Shown here: positions 1 through 12,800 of the stretch, piece after piece
Layout: the number at the start of each line of letters is the position of its first letter
Numbering within the stretch: position 1 is the first letter of the stretch
Assembly (NCBI RefSeq): GCF_022045235.1
Contig: NW_027266302.1
Coordinates: 620,001-684,000, forward strand
Direction: 5' to 3'
Source: Haliotis cracherodii
Lineage: Eukaryota
Length of the DNA: 64,000 nt
The notes under the pieces: generated by a model
Told to the model about the DNA's origin: nothing
What the model saw: only the letters and a program-made list of their open reading frames with translations
The model's database searches: none
Position numbers and translations under genes: made by a program

Positions 1-25
1 GAAGAGAGAGTCATGAATACGTGGA

Positions 26-181
26 GTGAGTGAGTATTGTTTTACGCCGCTTTTAGCAATATTCCAGCAATATCACGGCTGGGGACACCAGAAATGGGCT
101 TCACACATTGTACCCATGTCGGGAATCGAACCCGGGTGTTCGGCGTGACGAGCCACTAGGCACTAGGCTACCCGACTGCCC
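26..181 (-). mobile_element. tRNA-derived SINE family A
   Basis: A/B boxes (GTAGCCTAGTG..., GGTTCGATTCC) and (ACTC)n tail. Flanked by CATGAAT[A/G]CGTGGA duplication (12-25, 182-195). Confidence 0.85.
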
Positions 182-204
182 CATGAATGCGTGGAAACAA
201 TCAA

Positions 205-990
205 GGCAAGAAACAGAGGAGATAAAGGAAACAGAAGGCAGAAACGGATCTCCAGAAACAGAAAGAGATCGAAACAGATGGCAGAAACGGATATACAGTA
301 ACAGAAAGAGATCGAAACAGAAGACAGAAACGCATCTACAGAAACAGTAAGAGATCGAAACAGAAGGCAGAAACGGATACACAGAAACAGAAAGAGATCG
401 AAACAGAAGACAGAAACGCATCTACAGAAACAGTAAGAGATCGAAACAGAAGGTAGAAACGGATCTACAGAAACAGAAAGAGGTCGAAACAGAAGGCAGA
501 AACGGATACACAGAAACAGAAAGAGATCGAAACAGAAGGCAGAAACGGATATACACATGTACAGTAACAGAAAGAGATCGTAACAGAAGGCAGAATCGGA
601 TACACAGAAACAGAAAGAGGTCGAAACAGAAGGTAGAAACGGATACACAGAAACAGAAAGAGGTCGAAACAGAAGGTAGAAACGGATACACAGAAACAGA
701 AAGAGGTCGAAACAGAAGGTAGAAACGGATACACAGAAACAGAAAGAGGTCGAAACAGAAGACAGAAACGTATCACCAGAAACAGAAAGAGATCGAAACA
801 GAAGGCAGAAACAGATCTACAGAAACAGAAAGAGATCGAAACAGAAGACAGAAACGGATCTACAGAAACAGAAAGAGATCGAAACAGAAGGCAGAAACGG
901 ATCTACAGAAACAGAAAGAGATCGAAACAGAAGACAGAAACGGATCTAAAGAAACAGAAGGCAGAAACGGATCTACAGAAACAGAAGGCG
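205..990. repeat. Minisatellite, ~43-bp purine-rich unit
   Basis: Unit ACAGAAACAGAAAGAGATCGAAACAGAAGGCAGAAACGGATCT repeated about 17 times. Source of the spurious ORFs at 101-776. Confidence 0.95.
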
Positions 991-1959
991 TTCACGTTAC
1001 CATGAGACCACATGCACTGACATTGAGCATAACTGACAACAAATCCTTGCACTGACATGGATCACAGCTGAGAATATAGACATGTACTTCTATTGATGAT
1101 AGTTGACAATGTACACTTGTAACCGACACTTATAGCTGACGATATGGACCTGACATGGATCATAGCTGACAATATAGTCATGAACCGACAACATAGCCCT
1201 GTAGGCAATATATACCAGCATAAGGAACAAATTATGTATTACTGTTAGGTGCGGCGAAAACCACATTCACTCCCTAATTCAAACATGAACACAGTTTCAG
1301 TGATCTCCAGAGTGTAGAATGCACGTGATACTCCATTTTTGGCATGATTCAAAGACAACCAAGCGGAACCCAGCGGACTCAGTGACTCGTTACTACAACA
1401 CATAAAAGCTAGACAAGTGAATGTAAATTTTGCTTATCATTTGAATTATTCAATTACCCTAAGTAGGTCTTCACAAAAAACACATTTTAACCTTGATAGC
1501 ACACAGAGATCCCTGAAGGACTGAACTAAACGCCCTTTTCATGACACTGTCTTTTTCTTCTTGCACTATTTCAACTCTAAACTCTAAACTAAAATCGAAG
1601 ATTTAACGAACCACAGAAGGGTCCAGAGGGATATGCCAGCTAAAGACAGAGATCAACTGAAGATGAACTATAGATTATCAGATGTACCAGTATCTCTCTG
1701 TATTCAATACAGACCTTGTGTGTTTCCCCAAGGAGGGGAAGAATGGCTTTACATTTTTTTGCCAAAAACATTGGGGAATTATGGGAATCATCAAGGCATA
1801 TCTTCTCATCTTTATGGCATTGGCAAATGGAAATGATATATCATATCTGCGGAAGAGTAGGCGATAAGGTCTTAATGGGTTTGAAGGGTTGGTGTGATGA
1901 GATGGTGGCACACAAAATTCCAAATTCGAAATGTGCATACTGTAGCCAGCGTCACTTAT

Positions 1960-2260
1960 ATCGGGTAAAACCACCTCTGTTAGCCAGACATTCATGGATT
2001 GTTCCACTCATCATTGAGAGTGGTGGGAGGATTTTGACGTTGACAAACACGTCTGCCAATGACGTCCCAGACGTGTTCAATGGGGAAGGGTCAGAACTGA
2101 GTGCTGGCCATGGCTGGCGGGATATGGGGCACAAACTCGATTCCTTCGACCATGGAAGTCGAGAATGAAGCTCGATTCGTCAGAAAACATGACATAAGCC
2201 CAACGCCCATTATCCCTGTGCTGATTCAAATGACGCCCAGTAAGCAGTGGGATAACATGC
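1960..2260 (-). pseudogene. Tc1-family transposase remnant, internally deleted
   Basis: Translations WAYVMFSDESSFILDFHGRRNRV and WPALSSDPSP/IEHVWDVIGRRV (frameshifted) match Tc1 DD34E blocks. Confidence 0.7.
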
Positions 2261-2269
2261 CATGTGTGC

Positions 2270-2398
2270 CATCCCCTTAATGCCAAGCGCCAGGCAGGGT
2301 AAGAAGGAGTACCATCTTTTAACGTATGTTGGTATGACACTGCCGGGGATCGAACCCACGACCTTCCGTTCTCCGGACAGACGCTCTATCCACTAGAC
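2270..2398 (-). mobile_element. 5' part of tRNA-derived SINE family C
   Basis: Reverse complement matches the head and central domain of the copy at 3231-3589. Confidence 0.7.
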
Positions 2399-3049
2399 AA
2401 TGACCCTCAATGACAGATTAACTATAGCAATATAAAAGAATGGGATGTTCTTTAACGTCTTTTGAGTAGTATACTTGGCAGATGGGCAGATAACAGGATT
2501 ACACAATTTGAACATCTGATCCACATCGTATAGTCCGCCATCAGGATACGTTGGGTAGTGATGACCTGACCCAGAATGTCCCCACGAACGGGTGACACAA
2601 ACCCGCCTTAAACACTTAAACCATGCATGCGTGTTCTAGGATCTCCTACTATATATGTTTCAATAATAATCCAAACGAGCATCTCCCCCGTGACTTGTTT
2701 TCAAAGTCATGGTGATATGGATCTGTTTGTACATAATGTACATGGTCTAAGGTCACCATACGTACGACCAGCGCAACAATACACTTCTGAGGCTTGCCGT
2801 TTGAAAAGCGTTATGACATGGAGCGGAGTGGGTGGCTACATCAGACAGAAATTGTGGTATTTATTAATGTAAGTCGGGTACAATTTCTAAGCCCATTTCT
2901 AGTGTCCCCCGTCGTGATATTGCTTGAATATTGCTAAAAGCGGTGTAAAACCATACTCACTCTATTTAGAAATCACTGAAACCAGTGAAACCTGAGATAC
3001 CGCCTGATCGGTTTCATATTAACATCTATGCATAACGACTCCGTTACAC

Positions 3050-3700
3050 ACCAAAAACTATGCAAAAGACTGTACGACAAGAGGGGTGATTCAACTTTTA
3101 AATAGTCAACTGTCCCTTAATGTCAAGCAATATTCAAGGAACTCCAGCCTTTTGGGTCTACATTTTAACATCTTTTGATGTACAAGATTTCAAACAGCTG
3201 TTACATTCGATAATGCTCTTTCTACGAAGAGACCACCTCCGTGGTCTAGTGGTATAGAGCGTCCGCCCGGAGAGCGGAAGGTCCCGTGTTCGATCCCCGA
3301 CCGCGCCATACCAAAAGACGTTAAAAGATGGTACTTGTTGTTACCCTGTCTGGCGCTCGGCATTAAGGGGCTAAAACAAGGACTGGTCGGCTCGGAGTCA
3401 GTATACTGTGTCTAAGTGGGGTATTCATGTTAAACTGCGGCATGGTATCCCAGTGAGCTAGCACTATAAATTGGCATCAGTCCGGACTAGTACAAGCAGC
3501 CACACAAACACACAAACACGTACATGCACGTCGCCATATAAGTGCAATAATCTTAGACCGACGTTAAACCCCATTTCACTCCACTTCACCTTTCTACGAA
3601 GATTTCAAAGAGCGTCACACCACTTGTTTGATAAGCTTAGAACATTCAGTAAAGTAAAAAATTCAAAACGTTGGATGACATGTCCAGATTTAATATATTA
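3050..3700 (+). mobile_element. Penelope-like retroelement RT remnant, interrupted by a SINE
   Basis: CTGTACGACAAGAGGGGTGAT...ATAGTCAACTGTCCCTTAATGTCAAGCAATATT...CCAGCCTTTTGGGTCTAC reads as a frameshifted LYDKRxDF.F.IVN.P..SSNI...PA..VY, typical of Penelope-like RT C-termini. Confidence 0.6.
3231..3589 (+). mobile_element. Full-length tRNA-derived SINE family C (Meta-domain-like body)
   Basis: A box TGGTCTAGTGG, B box GTTCGATCC, 13-bp TSD CTTTCTACGAAGA (3218-3230, 3590-3602). Partial copies at ~21585-21845, ~48110-48180 and ~58400-58555. Confidence 0.85.
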
Positions 3701-4199
3701 GTGATATTAGATATTAGATATTAGTGACAAAAGTGATACCCGATGCAATTCTCTATTTTGACTTGTACCATATATTCCCGTATTGTTTCAGGTGAACAAT
3801 TGACTTGAATTGCATGTGTTTGTGATGGTTGCCACCAATGGGCAGAATACGCTCCCTTTTACACCTGGTATCATCACTATTTGAGAGTGAATTATAAGCA
3901 CATGGTTATGATATGGTTGGAGTCGTAAAATAGACTCTGCTTTCAGTAGATATTTCGTATGACTGTGGAAAGCATTTTTTCGCTTTCATTAATTTTTCTT
4001 AAGTTTTTAATAATGCGACGTATGCTCGTCGACGATTATTTACATGCTGCCGTTATTTAGCTGTAATATTGCGGATGGTCAGCAATAAAAAACAGCAGGA
4101 CACACTCGAATATTTTTAATTTTTTTAATGATTACCAGTGACATGAGTAAATTTTACATCACAAATAGTTTTACATTACGTCAGCGCTGCCATAAACGT

Positions 4200-4410
4200 G
4201 TGAAATAGAGGAAAGCCCGAAGAGATGCAGGTCTCAGACGTTTACCACTTCGGTGTAACCAACGAGCTCGGGTATGGTGCTGACAAACTTAGAAACATAA
4301 TCGGGCGAACCGGGATTCGAACCCACAATCAAAGGTTTCTGGCGTGCCCAAGGGACGCAACTCTGCACAGGAAATCGCAGGGACTTTGACGACTTGGCTA
4401 CCCGTTCCTC
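4200..4410 (-). mobile_element. tRNA-derived SINE family D
   Basis: GGTAGCCAAGTCG...GGGTTCGAATCCC head followed by a TTTGTCAGCACCATACCC...CACCGAAGTGGTAAAC body. Related copies at ~9640-9770, ~13200-13372, ~39960-40050 and ~42660-42860. Confidence 0.7.
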
Positions 4411-5282
4411 TGTGTTTGGTATGCAGTTATCAATAGGCATGTTTTGAAATATTCAGTTTCATTCAAATATGTTAATAGCCAAAGGAACTACATCCACTGA
4501 ACACTCAGATAAAAAACAGACCCCACTGGTATGAGATAGAGTGAATACATCGTAGATGCAAAGACAGACAGGAACCAGTCTTTATTATGGATCAGTACTC
4601 ACACTGATCTTTCACCGGTTTAGTGGCTCCATCATATACTCTTATGAAAAGTAGGGGATCATGAAATATAAATGTTAATACCAAGTACCAGATCAAAGGT
4701 AGGTGTTGACAAACAAGGTCTTATTCAAGGAGGTTTATGTCTGTAAATTATAACGCCAATACACATCCCATAGTTTGTATGTACCTCTCCTATGTAGGAT
4801 GTCATTCCTGATCTTGACACTTTCCAGGAAGGTCGTATAATCTCTGTGGACTATTATTTCTGTCAGTCTTATTGATTCTGCTCAGCATACAGTTACCATT
4901 TACTTGATTTCATTCATTGTATGAACTAGCGATGCGGCGTCTGCAACGGGCTATTGGCACGCTGGAAACTGGCAGATGTCATACCTTCATTGTTTCACAA
5001 ACTGTGATTAGCAGACTATGGAATAGGTAACAACAAACCCAAAATGTTGACGATCAACCCTGTTAGTGTTTAGGATCGACTGATTCGAAACCAGGCTCCT
5101 CGAATAAAACTGAAACAGCGAATCAAACTGCTACTAGAGTACGATGTTTTGGTCAGACACGGGTCTACAGGCAGCTCATCTCCATGTTCTGCAGCCACGT
5201 GTTGTGCCGCCCCTTCCAAATCGTCAACAGACGTAAACGGTGTACACAACGTCGAAACTGGGGTAATCGTCGCTGGTCACGT

Positions 5283-5498
5283 GTTAACGCCGCACTCAGC
5301 AATATTCCAGCTTTATGACGGCGGTCTGCAAATAAGCGAGTCTGGACCAGACAATCCAGTCATTGACATCATGAGCATCGATCCACACAATTGGGATATG
5401 ATAACATGCATCAACTGAGCCTGACCACCCGATCCCGTTAGTCGCCTTTTACGGCAAGCATAGGTTGCTAAAGATCTACCCCGGATCTTCACAAGTCC
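5283..5498 (-). mobile_element. SINE-like retroposon family B
   Basis: Reverse complement of the family B consensus (GTGAAGATCC...AAGGCGACTAACGGGATCGGGTGGTCAGG...GCTGGAATATTGCTGAGTGCGGCGTTAA). Confidence 0.85.
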
Positions 5499-6079
5499 TT
5501 CCCCTCATTGAACATGTATGGGACATGATAGGGAAAGAGTGTGTTAATTAACGTCATAGGCCGCCAACCATGTTGGCGGCAGAACATGGCCATGCACTGC
5601 ATGAGGAGAATAACAGACTGGTGTGAACCAATGCTCTCACAACCAACTATTGGTTTGGCAGCTCAAGATTGGACCACTCTTCCAGGCTGCAGTGATGTAG
5701 CTGTTATATTATTAATGGTTTCAGAAAGCATCATTCACACACTGACAACTATTTTAGTGGGTCTAAGCTAAATACATGAGATTTTTATAATGAAAACAAA
5801 ATATCAATATCATAAAAATGTTTATAATAATCAAGTATCTTAAAGTCACATGCAATATGTTTCTGTTATATACATCTGACAACAAACCATCCTCAAACAC
5901 TTCAAACACAAGGCAATCAAACTTCAAAATCACAGAAACTTTTTATCTAAGTGTTTAGACATATCGAAAAGGAGTGCTGAAGGCAAATTCTCCGACTACT
6001 TAAACCTTGATAAATCTCGAATGTTCATACACACAGGGAGTAAACCCCGTAACTAATTTATAAACAGGTAATATATATA

Positions 6080-6423
6080 CCGTATTCGACGTAATAAGCG
6101 CCCAGGGCGCTCTCAAAATTAGAAATAGGGGGCGCTTATTAGAATATTATATTAGTGAAAAAAACAGAGTTGAAAGATAAATTTCGTGGTTTCTGCTCAT
6201 AGCCTGAAGTGTTTATGTACGACAGATATATTTTTCCAGAATTTAATTGCCCATAATTAAGGGTGCATATAACAAACGAGTGTGTATTATACGAGAATAA
6301 ATAAGTATTGTGTACATTTATCAATCGGAAGGGGTGCTAATTAGGATTGTTCCCTGGCCAATATATTAGCAAATGTCGCTGTGGGCGCTTATTATAGCAG
6401 GGCGCTTATTACGTCGAATACGG
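6080..6423. mobile_element. MITE, Tc1/mariner-pogo superfamily
   Basis: Perfect 24-bp TIR CCGTATTCGACGTAATAAGCGCCC with TA TSD. Lies ~380 nt downstream of the HDAC8 stop codon. Confidence 0.9.
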
Positions 6424-6803
6424 TAATCTCCCTTTAACTTCTGATTTGAAACATCACAATTCATTGAGCACAATAGCTTAACACGAAAACAAAACACAAC
6501 ACCTCAAAGTTCTGACTATTTCAGTCTACTCGTGTTTGTGTACATGTATCTGACATCAGTTCCACACTGAGATTCTGTATATGGGAGAGGCAGCAATTGT
6601 TTTTTACTCCATCAGCACCACTGTGAACCTCCCCTGCCGTGAAGACAGTATTCAAATGATGAATGGTGTGAGGCTGCCTGAAGATGTGGCAGTAGGTAGT
6701 AGCAGTCTCCCTTCAAAGAGATGTCATATGACCCACACTAAGGCACAGGAGACAATCCAGGAAACGTTCATCACATCATGGTCCTTCTATGGATTCATGT
6801 TTT

Positions 6804-9800
6804 TCAACTTGTGATGAGATTCAAATTCTCTGCAATAAAAATAAGTTGCCAGACATTAAAAAAACTGCAAGTGCATGTTAAGTGGCGTTTATTAGATTGA
6901 CTACTGTATACGAGTAGTGTGGTGTTTATTAGATTGACTATTGTACATGAATAGTGTGTTTATTAGATTGACTACTGTACATGAATAGTGTGATGTTTAT
7001 TAGATTGACTACTGTACACAAGTAGTGTGATGTTTATTAGATTGACTACTGTATACAAGTAGTGTGATGGTTATTAGATTGACTACTGTACATGAATAGT
7101 GTGTTTATAAGATTGACTACTGTACATGAGTAGTGTGCTGTTTATTAGATTGAGTACTGTACATGAGTAGATTTGTTAAATCGGGTTGGAGATGATATTC
7201 CCTTGTTAGATCTGTTTCTCATAGGTTTTCAAGTTTCTTTTAAAAGTACCCTATTGCTGAATCTCTTACATACTAGAGGCAATGAAAAAGAGACAAATTT
7301 AGGGCAATGACACCAGAAAAGGTCCATCTTACTGACCCATGACCTGTCTGTAGACCTTGGACAGGTAGTCACGAGAGTTATGGTCACTCCTGTTGCCCAC
7401 GGATACGCTCAGGTCATAGTCAGGGCCATACTTCATGAAGAACTGCAAAGACAGTCACATATTTCACAAGGGTAAGGCAAGACTTACAAGACTTTTATAA
7501 GAGCCTTAGAGATGCAGCCTGGTACAGCATGAGTCAGAGACAACTCTTTTTCATCACAGTCACCATAAATACCAACTATATAATAATGATCAGTTCATGT
7601 ATAATAACTGACGGGTATGGAACAAGGGAGGCTACTCCTGCTAACCCTGCATGATCATGTAACACCACACGGCAAGGTTTCACATGAACTACAATGCATG
7701 CCGGAGCAAATTCCCGACAAAAACAACTCTCTTAACTGTTCATTGTATTCATAGTTTGAAGAACAAGAATGTCTGTAGATTAAGGGTGTTTACATGTAAC
7801 CAGGGTAACCAGAGACTGTAAATACTAGAATTGTGAATCAAGAAGCAAGTGAGATACCTTGTGGTCAGGAACGTCTTGAGGCAGTTTCTTCCCAACAGCC
7901 AGGGAGGTGAGGAACGCCCAGCACTTGGCGGTGTTCACATGGTTATAGCCCCCTGTGGACATCAGTGGGAGGCAAAGGATGAGGCGATGTTCACACACAA
8001 CAACGATTCCAAACTAAGTGCTCTTGGAGGGAAATTGGGAAAATCGTTCAAAATTTGGATTCTTTTTCAGAAGTATTGTAACATTGAATTGTAACACTAG
8101 ATTCAATGTAATAATGTTACACTAAGCAATAAAGCCTCTTTCTCTATTTTGGCGTTCTGTTATCAGTGAAATACAAGTCTACAAAGATAACATTTGTTAT
8201 AACTTTAACATATGAATTGGGAAATGTTGAATTCAAATTTGGGAATTTCCACTGACACTTGCTGCAGACTTTGGGCTAAGGATTGGCCTCTAAGCAGCTC
8301 TAGATAAATCCTTGTACACAGAACAAAAGCAATCAGTTTTCAGACACACTCCACGGCACTACTTGGGTACGTAAGTTTCACAATGCAGGGATGGAAGCTG
8401 ATGCCAACCGTCAGAGGACGAGTCCACAATGGACATGGGTGAGAGCAGGGTCTTCCGCTGGTCTCGGCTATATTCCACCAATATCACATCTTCACATTGG
8501 GAATTGAAACCAAGTTTACCTGCTAGGCTACCCCTATAGCACTTTTCAGGGTGACCCACTTGAATATTCCCATAAAACCCTGTGTCATAGTACTTACCTC
8601 CCCCTAAAAGCAGTAATGGAATCTTCCAGCTTTGCAGGGTATACACGCATCTCCCCAGCCCAAGGGGTGTGAGGTTGAATGACTCCATGGGGTCCCCAGC
8701 GATGCCATCTGCCCCACACTGACACACAACAGCCTCAGGTCGGAACTTCTCCTTCACCCTTGTCATTACTCTGAAACAATGTCAAACCCTTCTCAGAATA
8801 TGCATAAATCTTGAGACGGTTAATATTAAAGTGAGCTGAGTAATTTGTCAACAATAGGTAATTAGACCTGTAACAAGCTGGCAATGTAATATTCCATAGC
8901 AGGGGCACACCAACAAAGGATCTGTCACACATTGTACCCATATGGGCCAACCAAACTCGTCTCTGGCACAACAATGCTACAAGTAGGCTATCCCATTGCC
9001 CATGTCTACAGCTTGACACAACAAGTTACCTGTTAAAGAGTGCAGAGAATTCTGTGTCCTTGACCCCGTCCAGCAGGGGAACATTGACCGAGTAGTACTT
9101 GCCTTTACAGACGCCGACATCACTGAGGGAGCCGGTACCTGACAGGACACCACACAGAGTTCATGCTATGTCTTCAGGAACATCCTCGCTTTGTGACATC
9201 TTCAGACATGTGACAATCTCATGCATCAATTACGTCAAACCGGACTACCGGTAATTTGTGAACATGCTCAAGGTATCAGCAGTACAGCACATGCTTGCTT
9301 TGTAACAAAATTTGGATGTTTGAAAAAAATATAAAAGTTCATAAATAGTGGTATACAGTGATCCCTCGCTACAACGCTACCTTCGAGGTCCAAATAATTG
9401 ATGAGCGTTATAGATGATCAGCGGTTTAACGAAGGTTGAGTGGTAGGTGGTAGATGACCAATAAAAACAGTACATGCTCTGCTTACCTAACACGATCTAC
9501 GTTGCACATTTCAGAGTTTAAAAAAAGATTAGAATAGAAGTTATTTATGATTCATGGTGTAAAAAAAGATTTATCGAGTATAATATGCGCTTTAAAAATA
9601 CCCAACACATCGTATCTCTTCAGGTGAATAAGCAGATAGATCTATAACAAACTTGGTCAAATAACATAAAGTCTTAAGTGGCATGCCTGAGACCACAAAC
9701 ACAGGTTTGGTACAGACAAACCAAGAATCAGAACAAGGGTGAAGTTGAGATTCAAACCCATGATCATGTGATACTAGCATGGAAAGCAATGTAACTCCAC

Positions 9801-12800
9801 ACAGTGGATTGTGGTGTCACGGATGACTGGGCCATCTGGGCCACCAAGTGTGTCCTGAAGTGGAATATTTACCATATTATATTTCCTCACATGCATCACT
9901 TACCATGCACGGCCTATAAACTCACCCGGGAAGAAGCCAGACAAGTATTTATGGAATGACACGGTGAGGACCTTGGAGGTTGTACAGAAGGCATCTTCCA
10001 CCCCTAGGGACACACAGACAAACAGTGTCATATGTCAAACAGTGTCACATGGTAAACAGTGTTATATGACAAACTGTGTTATATACCAAACTGTAGTATA
10101 AGTCAAACCATGTCATATGCCAAACAGTGTCCCATGTCAAACAGTGCTATATGCCAAACAGTGTCACATGTCAAACAGTGTCCCTGTCGAACAGTGTTGC
10201 ATGTCACACAGTGTCACAAGTCAGTATATCATGTCAAACAGTGTTGCATGTCATTGTCCAATGTTAAACAGTGTCATATGTCAAACAGTGTTGCATGTCA
10301 TTGTCCAATGTAAAACAGCGTCATATGTCAGTGTCCCATGTCAAACAGTATCATTTGTCAGTGTCCCATGTCAAACAGTGTCATATGTCAGTGTCCCATG
10401 TCAAACAGTGTCATACGTCAGTGTCCCATATCAAACAGTATCATTTGTCAGTGTCTCATGTCAAACAGTACCCTTTGTCAGTGTCCCATGTCAAACAGTA
10501 TCATGTCAGTGACCCATGTCAAACAGTATCATATGTCAATGTCCCATGTCTAACAGTGTCCCGTGTCAAACATTATCATGTCAGTGTCCTTTGTCAAACA
10601 GTATCATTTGTCTGTGTCCCATGTCAAACAGTGCCCCATGTCAAACAGTATCATGTCAGTATCCCATGTCAAACAGTATTATATGTCAGTGTCCCACGTT
10701 AATCAGTGTCATGAGTCAAACAATGTCACATGTTAAACATTGTCACAATTCAAATAGAGGTACAAGTCAAGTCAAACAGTCAGAAGTCAAACGGTCATAT
10801 GTAAAACAGTATTTCACAGCATGTCAGCTAGATCATGTAAAGTGGGAGGAATACCCAAGTGATGCATGGCTGCAGATGTTTATCACAATGGAAAACCAAA
10901 GAGCATTCATATAGTGAAGGCAGACCAACGACCATAACTGGGCAACATTCGGGAATTTGTACTACTGGCTTGCATCAAGTAATCCTGGCATGGCTTAGCA
11001 AACTCAGGGAGATGAACTGCTGAGGGAATTGGGGTGCCTCAGAGGCTCAGACCATGCTCCCTTCTTTCAGAGGCCAACATCCTGACCCTTAGCTTCAGCT
11101 ACTGAGTGTAGAAATAAATGTGGAACTGTTTGCCTGTGTTATCTGGAATTGATGTGCATCTTATTTTCATTTCAGGCCTATCTACACCCTCTGCTCCCTG
11201 TAGACAACCATGACGATATGGTGCACCCACACCTACCGTCGCCATGGTGAAGGTCAATGTCAACATACAGCACTCGGTCAAAGCGCTGTCTCAGTTTCAG
11301 GATGCCAAGGACGATGTCGTTGATGTAACAGAACCCCGAGGCGCTGTCTCTGTAGAAGACACATCAAGATAAAAATTCACTTGCTATCAGTAACTACACA
11401 CTGCAATCTTAATCTCTTTGTGCATACAGGCTTTGTCCTAACCTTCATCCAATCATGATTGGGCAACCTGTTTGTTGTTTCTGTGAATCTCTGTGCAAAT
11501 GGACTCTCCACCATATAACTCTGTCCTGGCAAAAGCTACTTAGATACATGTAAAAACAATCTGATCATACATAGACTGAAGCTAACAGAAGCTTTATCAA
11601 AGTCAGAAGGAATGTGTGCATAGTCAGAAGGAAATGCTACCAATAACATTAGTGACTTGTAGTGTAACCATTGAGTGTTATTGTAATTGTCAATTTTAAA
11701 CAACATAACCACAGATCTGGGTAGTCTTGTGGGTCCCCAGGTCCTACTCAGTACCCACCCGACCTGAGTACCCAAGTTTTCCCTATCACACCACAAATGG
11801 GATCAACTGCACAATCAATAATGATAGTTTCCCTTATTCTAAATAATGCAAGCCTAATATCCCATTTCATATTGTACACAAGGCTCACCTAAATTCAAAG
11901 ACTTATAAGATTTGATGAAAACCAAACAGATTAATTAATTGTAGACAGGTCATTCTCAGTAACAGTCTCTCATTTCATCCAACACAAGTACAGTACACTC
12001 AGTGTTGTTGATTCAGATAAATGTGTCTTTAAGATTCCAGTATTGCTCAGGGCACTGACGGTTCTTCTGTACATGGGGCGGTCGGGTAGCCTAGTGGTTA
12101 AAGCATTCGCTAGTCACGCCGAAGACCTGGGTTCGATTCCCGACATGGGTACAATGTGTGAAGCCCATTTCTGGTGTCCCCCGCCATGATATTGCTAGAA
12201 TATTGCTAAAAGCGGCGTAAAAACCATACTCACTCACTCACTCAATCTTCTGTACGCACCTCTTGGCATGATGCCATCCCCCACACCAGTTCATGGCAAT
12301 GTCACAAGATCCATCAACCAACAGCTCCGCAGCACGGATGGTTGCCCCAGCAACCAGCACAGCATACTCATACACCCCGACATGGACAGGGCAATCATAT
12401 GCTACAATGTACAATCATATCCTGAAATTATGACAAGATATAAGAACACTGAAACACAATCGTGGCGTATTCATTACATCATATTGGACTCGAAACATAC
12501 ACATCAGTAGAATAAGTATGTAAGTACTTCCCGTGACCCTGGACCCGTGAAGATCCAGGGTAAAATAGGTCTTCAGCAACCCATGCTTGCAACTATGCTT
12601 GTCGTAGGAGACAAGTTATGGGATCGGGTGGTCAGGCTCGCTGACTTGGTTGATGCAGCATGTCATCGATCCCAATTGCGTGGATCGATGCTCATGATAT
12701 TAATCACTGGATTGTCTGGTCCAGACTTGATTAGTTACAGACCGCCGTCATATAGCTGGAATATTGCTGAGTGCTTCGTTAAACAAAAACCAACCAACTA

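Noticed and set aside
101-776. Several 80-160 aa ORFs
   Set aside because: Translations of the 43-bp minisatellite and a SINE.
205-990. CRISPR-like periodicity
   Set aside because: No unique spacers and no cas genes; eukaryotic context.
10059-10914. Cys-rich repetitive ORFs resembling metallothionein or keratin-associated proteins
   Set aside because: All frames are open because of the tandem repeat, which lies antisense within an HDAC8 intron.
12075-12150. Possible tRNA gene
   Set aside because: It is the head of a multi-copy SINE with body, tail and TSD. The same applies to 3231 and 4310-4410.
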